Assembly (NCBI RefSeq): GCF_000145295.1
Contig: NC_014408.1
Span: 570,001 to 602,000, forward strand
Origin: Methanothermobacter marburgensis str. Marburg
Lineage (GTDB): Archaea > Methanobacteriota > Methanobacteria > Methanobacteriales > Methanothermobacteraceae
Direction of reading: 5' to 3'
Length of the DNA stretch: 32,000 nucleotides
Each line of letters opens with the position of its first letter. Position 1 is the stretch's first letter. The position numbers and the translations under genes are program-made. Below, piece by piece: positions 8,083-15,978 of the stretch. The notes under the pieces were generated by a model, which was not told the origin of the DNA, made no database searches, and was given only the letters and a program-made list of their open reading frames with translations.

Positions 8083-8961
8083 ATGCTCAACGTTCTCAGT
8101 ATCTTTGATTCCCTGAGGGATGATAGAAGCGCACTCAGACACTACAAGAAGAAGCTTCACGAGTACCAGGAACATGAGGCCGAGGTTCTCATAGATATAG
8201 GGGTCATCTACCTTGACAGGGGGGAAATAGAGAGGGCAGTGGGAAGCTTTGAGGAGGCCCTTGAAACCTACAGGAAACTCAAATTCCCTGAAGGAGTCGC
8301 ATATGCATCTGAACTCCTTGGGGACTCCCTGATGGCTCAGCGGGAATTTGATAGGGCGATGAAATGCTACTCAGAGTCACTCTCAATATACTCGGAGATC
8401 AACAGCAAGGTTGCAGATGAACTGAGGGATAAGATATATGAGGCGGGTAAGATAAAGGAGGCACTGAGTTCAGATGATACTGAACCTGAACCCGTCAAGC
8501 GGGATTCACAGTCCACAGACATTCAATCTGAGACCCAGAAAATCTTCAGACTTGCAGATGACCTCATGGGTATCATTGACTCCTTTGAATCATACGGGAA
8601 GTGCTGGGAGGACCGTGACATAGACACCCTCAATTCCAATCTGGAGTCTGCCACAATTATACGTGACCGCCCAACGGAGGCCCTTCTCAATCTTCTGATA
8701 GGTCGCTACAGGATGGAGGAGGGTGAGCTCTATGATGCCCTGAAGTTCATTAAAAGGTCCAACAGGATATTCAGGGAGAGTGGAGATTCTGCAGGAATTG
8801 CAGTATCCCTTGTGATCCTTGGAGTTCTCTTATTCCTTATTGATGAACGTGAAAATCTCTACAATGTATTTAAGGAGGCGCTTGAGATTTTCAGGGCACT
8901 TGGACTTGAAGACGCTGAGAAGGTTACAATGAATATCATAAATACCCTCACCAGGACCTGA
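8083..8961 (+). CDS. TPR-repeat protein
   Basis: Repeated 34-aa-like helical units (VLIDIGVIYLDRGEIERAVGSFEEALETYRKL; AYASELLGDSLMAQREFDRAMKCYSESLSIY; LNLLIGRYRMEEGELYDALKFIKRSNRIF). ATG 8083 follows GTGGGGGG. The ORF opens at 8047, but that ATG sits directly after the TATA element. Confidence 0.75.
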   Translation: MLNVLSIFDSLRDDRSALRHYKKKLHEYQEHEAEVLIDIGVIYLDRGEIERAVGSFEEALETYRKLKFPEGVAYASELLGDSLMAQREFDRAMKCYSESLSIYSEINSKVADELRDKIYEAGKIKEALSSDDTEPEPVKRDSQSTDIQSETQKIFRLADDLMGIIDSFESYGKCWEDRDIDTLNSNLESATIIRDRPTEALLNLLIGRYRMEEGELYDALKFIKRSNRIFRESGDSAGIAVSLVILGVLLFLIDERENLYNVFKEALEIFRALGLEDAEKVTMNIINTLTRT

Positions 8962-9033
8962 ACCTCAGTTCTTACTTACCAAATCATAAATACCCTCAGT
9001 GGGAGCTGAATCCCATTTCTTCCTTACTTTACC
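8935..9033. repeat. degenerate 48-bp-period duplication of the TPR gene 3' end, including a second in-frame stop
   Basis: Copy A runs 8935-8982 (ATCATAAATACCCTCACCAGGACCTGA..., IINTLTRT*). Copy B runs 8983-9033 (ATCATAAATACCCTCAGTGGGAGCTGA..., IINTLSGS*). The first 16 nt are identical and identity is about 75% afterwards. The stop codon is kept at the equivalent position (9007-9009). Confidence 0.8.
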
Positions 9034-9058
9034 TGCACCTCATGACATTTTAGCCGTA

Positions 9059-9075
9059 TTTTTTTGTTTGATCAC
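9059..9075 (+). terminator. oligo-T tract (T7) within the shared motif TTTTTTTGTTTGATCAC
   Basis: A T7 run lies ~100 nt after the TPR stop. Archaeal termination uses oligo-T. A 16/17-identical copy of this 17-mer follows mdh. Confidence 0.4.
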
Positions 9076-9176
9076 TGTAAGATACAATTCATGAAAATCC
9101 ATGGGCTTCAGCCCCCAGTTTTCCAGGATAAGTATTATGTATCCATGCGGACATAACGAATATAACAGGTGATAAC

Positions 9177-9743
9177 ATGCAGAGGAGAGAAAACGTTGCG
9201 AGGCTCATTGAGCAGTTAAGGGAAGACGATGAACTCATGAGGGTTCAGGTTATTGAACTCCTCAGTGAGATAGGTGAACCAGCGGTTGAACAGCTCATTG
9301 AGGCCCTCGACGATGATAACAAGTTTGTTAGGAGGGGGGCCGCAGCGGCGCTTGGTAAGATTGGGGATCCCCGGTCCATAGAACCCCTCATAGAGGCCCT
9401 GGCCGATGAGAATAAATGGGTTCGAAGGGACGCATCAACTGCCCTTGCAAAGATGGGTGAAGAGGCAGTGGAACCCCTCCTTGAGAGCCTCTCAAGTGAC
9501 GACTGGAAGATAAGGGGTGCTGCCGCATGGGTCATAGGGAACTTCAGGGATGAGAGGGCTGTTGAACCACTCATTGAACTCCTGGAGGATGACAGTGGCT
9601 TTGTGAGAAGTGGTGCTGCAAGGTCACTTGAGCAGATAGGTGGTGAACGGGTGAGAGAAGCGATGGAGAAACTGGCAGAGACCGGGACAGGATTTGCAAG
9701 AAAGGTCGCCCTCAGCTACCTTGAAACTCACCAGGAGGAGTGA
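9177..9743 (+). CDS. HEAT-repeat (PBS-lyase-type) protein
   Basis: ATG after AGGTGA. There are four to five ~31-aa repeats of the type [31 protein letters not shown]. Confidence 0.9.
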   Translation: MQRRENVARLIEQLREDDELMRVQVIELLSEIGEPAVEQLIEALDDDNKFVRRGAAAALGKIGDPRSIEPLIEALADENKWVRRDASTALAKMGEEAVEPLLESLSSDDWKIRGAAAWVIGNFRDERAVEPLIELLEDDSGFVRSGAARSLEQIGGERVREAMEKLAETGTGFARKVALSYLETHQEE

Positions 9744-9746
9744 TTT

Positions 9747-10724
9747 TTGAAGGTAAGTATAATTGGGTCAACAGGGCGTGTTGGAAGGGCAACGGCACTG
9801 TGCCTTGCAGAGGAAGAGGCTGTGAAGACACTGCACCTCATATCAAGGAGGGAGAGCCTTGAGCAGAACATTGGAGAGGTCCTTGATATGAGCGATGCCC
9901 TTGCAGCCAAGGGGGTTTCGGTTAAACTGGAGAACTCTGCTGACATAGAAAATGTCCATGGCTCAAGGATAGTTGTTATAACAGCAGGTGTTCCCAGAAC
10001 CGCTGATATGGACAGGGATGACCTTGCATTCCAGAATGGGGTTATCGTTGCCGAGTATGCAAGACAGATTGCCAGATTCGCCCCGGATTCAATTATACTT
10101 GTTGTGACCAATCCTGTTGATGTGATGACCTACGTTGCACTCAAGTATTCGGGTTTTCATCCCAGCAGGGTATTTGGCCTTGGAAACCACCTTGACTCCC
10201 TCAGGCTCAAGAATTACATGGCAAGGCATTTCAATGTCCATGTTAGTGAGGTTCACACCCGGGTTATCGGGCAGCACGGCCCCTACATGGTCCCCCTTAT
10301 CAGCTCGACATCAATAGGGGGTATACCGATTGAGCACTATGCAAGGAGGGACTACTTCTCTGGTTACCGGAGGTTCGACCTCAAGAAGACCATAGAGAAG
10401 GTTATCAATGCAGGTAGCAACATCATAAGCAGGAAGGGGGCCACCGAGTATGGTCCGGCCTTCGCAATCTCCAACATAGTGACAACGATACTGAATGACG
10501 AGCGGAGGATACTCACGGTTTCAACCCTCATGGAGGGCGAGATTGATGGTATCAGGGACGTGTGCCTGGGTGTGCCGGTGAAGCTCGGTAAAAATGGTAT
10601 AGAGGGTGTTGTACCTGTTTTAATGGACAGGGATGAGAGGGAAACCTTCAGGGAGGCTGCAAGCCATGTCAGAAACTCCACAATGAAGGTTATGGAGTTT
10701 CTGGATGAGGAACTTCCACTTTAG
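9747..10724 (+). CDS. mdh: malate dehydrogenase (LDH-like MDH family)
   Basis: TTG start after AGGAGGAG. Rossmann segment KVSIIGSTGRVG, then ITAGVPR, VVTNPVDVMT and the catalytic region RVIGQHG. Confidence 0.9.
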   Translation: MKVSIIGSTGRVGRATALCLAEEEAVKTLHLISRRESLEQNIGEVLDMSDALAAKGVSVKLENSADIENVHGSRIVVITAGVPRTADMDRDDLAFQNGVIVAEYARQIARFAPDSIILVVTNPVDVMTYVALKYSGFHPSRVFGLGNHLDSLRLKNYMARHFNVHVSEVHTRVIGQHGPYMVPLISSTSIGGIPIEHYARRDYFSGYRRFDLKKTIEKVINAGSNIISRKGATEYGPAFAISNIVTTILNDERRILTVSTLMEGEIDGIRDVCLGVPVKLGKNGIEGVVPVLMDRDERETFREAASHVRNSTMKVMEFLDEELPL

Positions 10725-10734
10725 TATCGCTGGC

Positions 10735-10751
10735 TTTTTTTGCTTGATCAC
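10735..10751 (+). terminator. oligo-T tract (T7) 11 nt after the mdh stop, within the motif TTTTTTTGCTTGATCAC
   Basis: The T7 run follows a gene end directly. The 17-mer is 16/17 identical to the one at 9059-9075. Confidence 0.55.
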
Positions 10752-10796
10752 GGGCTTTCAGGGTGAAGGTTCTTTCATCCACCCATTTCCATTTCA

Positions 10797-10903
10797 GGGG
10801 GTCCCATTGTGTGCTGGTTATCTTTCAGGTCAGGACCCATAAGGCTGGACCTGCACTGGCAGCAGGGTCCAATGGCACAGGTTATCTTTCAGGTCAGGGA
10901 CCC
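10797..10903 (+). repeat. two ~42-nt direct repeats (64-bp period), each bracketed by a GGGTCC/GGACCC inverted repeat
   Basis: The core GGTTATCTTTCAGGTCAGG is identical at 10816-10834 and 10880-10898. Each copy is flanked by GGGTCC ... GGACCC, so it can form a stem-loop. The repeats lie in a 380-bp intergenic gap. Confidence 0.85.
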
Positions 10904-10938
10904 TGATGTTATGGAACCCTTTTAGAGGCACCATGGAA

Positions 10939-10948
10939 ATATTTATAT
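10939..10948 (+). promoter_or_regulatory. TATA-like box ATATTTATAT (distal copy)
   Basis: This 10-mer is identical to the pdxT-proximal box 112 bp downstream. No coding ORF follows it. Confidence 0.35.
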
Positions 10949-11050
10949 AACTGTTCAATTATAAGTTAATTCAAGACCTGGTTTCTGAACATTGTACATC
11001 GATATTCTGCTGGGTCAGGGTTCAGAGATAACCGGCAACTATTTTCCGGT

Positions 11051-11060
11051 ATATTTATAT
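11051..11060 (+). promoter_or_regulatory. TATA-like box ATATTTATAT, probable pdxT/glutamate synthase operon promoter
   Basis: It lies ~46-55 nt upstream of the pdxT ATG (11106). The ATG is preceded by AAGGAG. Confidence 0.5.
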
Positions 11061-11105
11061 GGTCACGTGCCAAAAACCTAATCAAAAAAACTGAAAGGAG
11101 ACACC

Positions 11106-11684
11106 ATGATAAGGATAGGCATTCTTGATCTTCAGGGCGATGTTTCCGAGCACCTCGAGATGACCCGGAGGGCAGTTGAGAGGATGGATGTGGATGCAGA
11201 GGTAGTGAAGGTGAGAACAGCGGAGGATGCATCAGCTGTAGATGCAATAATAATCTCCGGCGGTGAGAGCACCGTCATAGGTAAACTCATGGAGGAGACA
11301 GGGATAAAGGATGTTATCCTCACCGAGAACAAAGCAGTGATGGGGACCTGTGCCGGGATGGTTCTTCTTGCAAGGGAAACAGACTATGAACAGCCCCTCC
11401 TGGGACTCATAGACATGAAGGTTAAGAGAAACGCCTTTGGAAGGCAGAAGGATTCCTTTGAGGAAGACATAGAGATACTTGGAAGAAAATTCCATGGAAT
11501 ATTCATAAGGGCGCCAGCTGCCGTCGAAGTGGGTGAGGGGGCCGAGGTACTGTCCAGAATCGATGAAGGGATCATCGCAGTGAAGGAGGGCTGCAACCTT
11601 GCACTTGCCTTCCACCCTGAACTGGGAGAGAACACGGGACTTCACGAATACTTTATAAAGGAGGTATTGAATTGTGTGGAATAG
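11106..11684 (+). CDS. pdxT: pyridoxal 5'-phosphate synthase glutaminase subunit PdxT
   Basis: IGILDLQGDVSEH, IIISGGESTV, GTCAGMVLL (nucleophile Cys) and the C-terminal AFHPEL are all present, as in the PdxT/SNO family. Confidence 0.9.
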   Translation: MIRIGILDLQGDVSEHLEMTRRAVERMDVDAEVVKVRTAEDASAVDAIIISGGESTVIGKLMEETGIKDVILTENKAVMGTCAGMVLLARETDYEQPLLGLIDMKVKRNAFGRQKDSFEEDIEILGRKFHGIFIRAPAAVEVGEGAEVLSRIDEGIIAVKEGCNLALAFHPELGENTGLHEYFIKEVLNCVE

Positions 11685-12589
11685 CAGGAGTGGTCTACAA
11701 GGATGGTAAACTTCATAACGTTGGGGCAGACATGACGAGGATGCTCCATGCGCTGCAGCACAGGGGCCCCGACTCAGCGGGTTTCTCAATCTATGGAGGT
11801 CTTGGTCTTGAGGAGAACGAGTACCTCCTTAACATTGAGGTTAAAGAAAAGAAGGGGCTTCTTGAGAGGGTCAAGGAAACAGTTGAAACGGTGAGCCCCA
11901 TAAGGAAGGATGAGGTCATCCCATCAGTTGAGAACTACATAATATACCGCTGCAGGATCACCCTTGAATCATTCTCACAGCTTAAACCACTCATAATGGA
12001 GATAGACAGGATAGAGGATGTCATAGTACTCAATGGAAGCCACTCCTTTGAAATGATAAAGGATGTGGGATCTGTACTTGAAATAGCAGACCGCTACGAC
12101 ACCTGGTCAAAGAAGGGCACACATGCCATAGGCCACACAAGGTTCTCGACAGAGAGCATAGTTGACAGGTACCATGCACACCCCTTCCAGAGCTACATCA
12201 TCCCTGACATAACTGTGGTACACAACGGCCAGATAACCAACTACTGGAAGATAAGGGAACCCCTTGAGAGGAAGGGACACATATTCGAGACAAACAACGA
12301 CACAGAATGTATAGTCCACTACGTTGCAGATAAACTGGCATCAGGCTACAGCCTGGAGGAGGCACTTGAACAGTCAGTGAAGGACATGGACGGACCTTTC
12401 TCATACATAGTCGGAACACCCACCGGTGTGGGTATAGCAAAGGACCAGCTCGGCCTCAGGCCAGGGGTGATGGCAGAGAACGATGAGGTATTCGCGGTTG
12501 CATCAGAGGAGGTCTCCCTGAGGGAGGTCATGGATACAACCGAGGTTGAACAGATATCCCCCGGCGAGGTCAGGGTATACGAGATATAG
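11672..12589 (+). CDS. glutamate synthase, class-II (Ntn) glutamine amidotransferase domain protein
   Basis: TTG start directly followed by CGIAG, the N-terminal Cys nucleophile. HRGPDSAG, IGHTRFST and VHNGQITN are present. The gene overlaps the pdxT end by 13 nt. Confidence 0.9.
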   Translation: MCGIAGVVYKDGKLHNVGADMTRMLHALQHRGPDSAGFSIYGGLGLEENEYLLNIEVKEKKGLLERVKETVETVSPIRKDEVIPSVENYIIYRCRITLESFSQLKPLIMEIDRIEDVIVLNGSHSFEMIKDVGSVLEIADRYDTWSKKGTHAIGHTRFSTESIVDRYHAHPFQSYIIPDITVVHNGQITNYWKIREPLERKGHIFETNNDTECIVHYVADKLASGYSLEEALEQSVKDMDGPFSYIVGTPTGVGIAKDQLGLRPGVMAENDEVFAVASEEVSLREVMDTTEVEQISPGEVRVYEI

Positions 12590-12595
12590 GGTGAT

Positions 12596-13288
12596 ATGAT
12601 GAGGGAAGCAGTAGTTGATGCAGAATCAAAAACCCCCAGGGAGGTTAACAGGGCCATAAAGAGCCTGGCAAAGGACCACGACAGGATAGTGGTTAAAAAC
12701 CCCAACGCCATGCACTACATCGGCGCGGGACTCACAGAGGACGTGGAGCTCATAATAGATGGTTCAGCCGGATACTTCGCCGCGACAATGATACACGGCC
12801 CAAGGGTTAAGATAAATGGTAACGCAGGATGGTTCCCTGCAGACAACATGACAGAAGGTGAGGTCATAATAGAGGGATCCGCTGGAGACGGAGTCGGACA
12901 GGGAATCTACGGCGGAACAGTCGTTGTAAGGAAGGGAGCAGGGTCAAGGACAGGAGAGATAATGAAGAACGGGACCATCATCATAGGTGGAAACTCAGGT
13001 TTCATGACAGGCCTATTCATGATGGGCGGCCGCATAATAGTCCTGGGGGACCTTGCAGAGGACGCCGGGGAGTCCATCATAAGGGGAACGATATACGTTG
13101 GTGGAGAAATAAAAAGCCTTGGAAAGAACGCAAAGGTTGAGGACATAACCCCTGAGGAGGAAGAGGAACTCAGAGGCGTCCTCTCAGCATACGGATTTGA
13201 ACTTGAGGATGAGGAATACCATTCCTTCAGAAAGATTGTCCCAAGAAGCAAAAGGCCATTCTATGGCGAAGAATCGGAGGAAGGATAA
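12596..13288 (+). CDS. glutamate synthase GXGXG-repeat domain protein (GltB C-terminal / FwdC-like beta-helix)
   Basis: Repeated Gly-rich turns: IDGSAGYF, INGNAGWF, IEGSAGDGVGQG, GGTVVV.KGAG and IIIGGNSG. Confidence 0.85.
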   Translation: MMREAVVDAESKTPREVNRAIKSLAKDHDRIVVKNPNAMHYIGAGLTEDVELIIDGSAGYFAATMIHGPRVKINGNAGWFPADNMTEGEVIIEGSAGDGVGQGIYGGTVVVRKGAGSRTGEIMKNGTIIIGGNSGFMTGLFMMGGRIIVLGDLAEDAGESIIRGTIYVGGEIKSLGKNAKVEDITPEEEEELRGVLSAYGFELEDEEYHSFRKIVPRSKRPFYGEESEEG

Positions 13289-14343
13289 TGAGCAGATATG
13301 CAATGGTCGGAACACCCTGCCAGATAACAGCAGCCACACTGATGAAGGAATATAACGGGGAATTCCCTGTTGAACTCAGAATCGGGCTCTTTTGCATGGA
13401 GAACTTCTCCTACACCTACCTGAGGGAACTTGCAGAGGCGGAGGGTGTTGACCTCAGGGATGTTTCAGAGTGCAGGATAGAGAAGGGCAGGCTCTGGTTC
13501 CACCTCAACGATGGAAGCACAGTATCCATACCACTTGAAAGGGCCAGGTCTGCAATGAGAAAGAACTGCTCTGTGTGCATGGACTTCACATCAGAACAGT
13601 CAGACGTTTCAGTGGGATCTGTGGGCTCACCGCAGGGATGGTCAACACTCATAATAAGGACGGAAAGGGGCAGAGAGCTGGTTGATGGGGCCGCAAAGGC
13701 AGGATACATTGAGACAGCACCCATAACCGGGAAGGGCCTCAAACTTCTTGAAAAACTTGCATCAGGTAAAAAGGAGGAGAACCTTGAGGAGATACAGAGA
13801 AGGGAATCAGTTGCGAGGCCCGTACTCTACTGGAGGGTGATGCCCGGGGACCTCTACCCTGAGGAAATTAAGGACTGCCAGTTCGATGATCTTCGGGCAG
13901 ATGTCATCGATGTTGGCGCATGCGTGCTCTGCGGGGCCTGCGAGGCGTCATGCCCGGAGGGTATTGTGAGGATAAACGACAGAAAACCTGAGGTTAAGGG
14001 CGGATGTCCCGGGGGCTGCAACGCATGCTATGTGGCATGTCCAAGGACCTACGTACCCGACAGCATAATAAGTCACGAGTCCGCGGCCGAACCACTGGGG
14101 GAGTACACTGAGATACTATCTGCAAGGGCCCCCATGTTCAGGGGCCAGGATGGTGGTGTTGTAACCGCACTCCTGACCTATGCCCTCAGGGAGGGAATCG
14201 TGGACGGGGCACTGGTGGTTGACAGGGACCCTGCAATGCCATGGAAACCCGTACCTGTACTGGCAGAGGATCCAGAGGATGTTGTGAGGGCTGCAGGTAC
14301 CAAGTACTCAGTATGCCCGATATTGAAGGTATTAAAGGAGTAA
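13288..14343 (+). CDS. FrhB/FdhB-family F420-interacting subunit with inserted 2x[4Fe-4S] ferredoxin motifs (domain order permuted)
   Basis: TAATG overlap with the upstream gene. The N-terminal half has VGTPCQI, LFCMENFSY and SVGSVGSPQGWSTLIIRTERG, typical of the FrhB C-terminal domain. Next come CVLCGACEASCP and CNACYVACP. Last comes GQDGGVVTALLTYALREGIVDGALVV...AAGTKYS, typical of the FrhB N-terminal domain. Confidence 0.85.
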   Translation: MSRYAMVGTPCQITAATLMKEYNGEFPVELRIGLFCMENFSYTYLRELAEAEGVDLRDVSECRIEKGRLWFHLNDGSTVSIPLERARSAMRKNCSVCMDFTSEQSDVSVGSVGSPQGWSTLIIRTERGRELVDGAAKAGYIETAPITGKGLKLLEKLASGKKEENLEEIQRRESVARPVLYWRVMPGDLYPEEIKDCQFDDLRADVIDVGACVLCGACEASCPEGIVRINDRKPEVKGGCPGGCNACYVACPRTYVPDSIISHESAAEPLGEYTEILSARAPMFRGQDGGVVTALLTYALREGIVDGALVVDRDPAMPWKPVPVLAEDPEDVVRAAGTKYSVCPILKVLKE

Positions 14344-14355
14344 GAGGGGTTAAAG

Positions 14356-15855
14356 ATGCCTTTTAAGGTTGAGAGAAAGGAAGATGTATGTAAGAGGAAC
14401 TTTGACCGTCCCGGCTGCTGCTGGTACATGTGTGATAACCGGGACGAGTCACTCTGTGCAAACTGTTACTCATGCTATAACAACTGTCCACATGATGTTT
14501 ACGAGATAATAAACGGGGAACCAGTACCCCTGAGGCATGAAAACTGTGTGGGGTGCCGTATATGTGAGGAGATGTGCCCCAACAATGCAATAGAGGTTAA
14601 CGCCGTACCCGAGGACCGGAGGAATGTATGGTCATTCACTGACCTGCTTGAGATACAGAGGAAATCCAGGGAGGGTTCCTACAAGGTCAGGGGCTGCGGT
14701 GCGGTGAGGAGGATACCCACCTTTGACGACCTTGTGATCATACCGGCCCAGGTCTCAAGGCCACCCATAGATAAGTACAGGGAGCCCTGCAATACCAGGG
14801 TGGTGCTGGGTGACAGGTTCGCCGAGAACCCCCTGGAACTTGACACACCAATCATGATAGCGGCCATGTCCTTCGGCGCCCTCAGCAAGGAGGCCAAGAT
14901 AGCCCTTGCAATGGGGGCAACCCTTGCAGGCACAGCCACAAACACAGGTGAGGGGGGAATGCTCCCTGAGGAGCGTAAATACGCCTCAAAACTTATTGCA
15001 CAGTATGCATCAGGACGCTTCGGTGTCTCTGCAGAGTACCTCAACAATTCAGAGGCCATTGAGATCAAGATAGGTCAGGGTGCCAAGTCAGGTATGGGCG
15101 GACATCTGCTTGCAGAGAAGGTAACAGCGGAGGTCTCAAGGATAAGGATGATACCAGAGGGTACCGATGCACTGAGCCCGGCAAGGCACATGGACATCGT
15201 TGGACCTGAGGATCTCAGCATGAAGATATCCCAGCTTCGTGAGATAACCGACTGGAAGGTCCCGATAATGGTCAAGTTCACATCAGGCCGTGTTGCCGAT
15301 GATGTGAAGATAGCTGCAAAGGCAGGGGCCGATATAGTCGTGGTTGATGGTATGCAGGGAGGTACCGGTGCAGGACCTGACGTTGTAACCGAGCACTCAG
15401 GTATACCCACAATAGCAGCCATAGTGGAGGCCGATGAGGCCCTCAAGGAGGTCAACCTCCGTGATGAGGTGAGCCTTGTTGCAGCAGGTGGTATAAGGAG
15501 CGGGGCTGACGTTGCAAAGGCCATCGCACTTGGTGCGGATGCGGTCTACATCGGTACAGCGGCCCTTGTCTCGATTGGCTGCCGTGTCTGCCAGATGTGC
15601 TACACAGGCACCTGCAGAAAGGGTATTGCAACCCAGGACCCACGCCTCAGGAAGCGCCTTGACTATGTTGAGGCAGGTAAAAACGTTGCAAGGTACATAG
15701 AGGCCATGACAGAGGAGGTGTGCATGCTCATACAGCAGGCTGGTAACACTGACGTGAGCAAACTTGAGAAGGATGACCTCAGGGCGCTCACCGTGGAGGC
15801 CTCGGCACTTACGGGAGTTAAGATGGCTGGAATGGAGGCGCCGGCCCGGTTTTAG
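14356..15855 (+). CDS. glutamate synthase FMN-binding (synthase) domain protein with N-terminal 2x[4Fe-4S] ferredoxin
   Basis: CANCYSCYNNCP and CVGCRICEEMCP at the N-terminus. GltB domain-2 blocks follow: ISAMSFGALS, NTGEGG, QGAKSGMGGHL, DGMQGGTGA and AAGGIRSGADVAKAIALGADAV. Confidence 0.92.
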   Translation: MPFKVERKEDVCKRNFDRPGCCWYMCDNRDESLCANCYSCYNNCPHDVYEIINGEPVPLRHENCVGCRICEEMCPNNAIEVNAVPEDRRNVWSFTDLLEIQRKSREGSYKVRGCGAVRRIPTFDDLVIIPAQVSRPPIDKYREPCNTRVVLGDRFAENPLELDTPIMIAAMSFGALSKEAKIALAMGATLAGTATNTGEGGMLPEERKYASKLIAQYASGRFGVSAEYLNNSEAIEIKIGQGAKSGMGGHLLAEKVTAEVSRIRMIPEGTDALSPARHMDIVGPEDLSMKISQLREITDWKVPIMVKFTSGRVADDVKIAAKAGADIVVVDGMQGGTGAGPDVVTEHSGIPTIAAIVEADEALKEVNLRDEVSLVAAGGIRSGADVAKAIALGADAVYIGTAALVSIGCRVCQMCYTGTCRKGIATQDPRLRKRLDYVEAGKNVARYIEAMTEEVCMLIQQAGNTDVSKLEKDDLRALTVEASALTGVKMAGMEAPARF

Positions 15856-15978
15856 CCGCCAGAACATTTAACTTCCCTGATTTTCATTTTTTAAATTTTT
15901 CCATTTTTCATTTTATGAAACCTATTTAAACATGGCAACCCATAGAGTAATAACAGGTTTTTTTCTGGAGGGAATAAC

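Noticed and set aside
10966-11247. 93-aa minus-strand ORF spanning the pdxT promoter and 5' end
   Set aside because: It overlaps the well-supported pdxT start on the opposite strand. Its product is Pro/Ser/His/Leu-rich and it has no start context. The region is better explained as promoter and leader.
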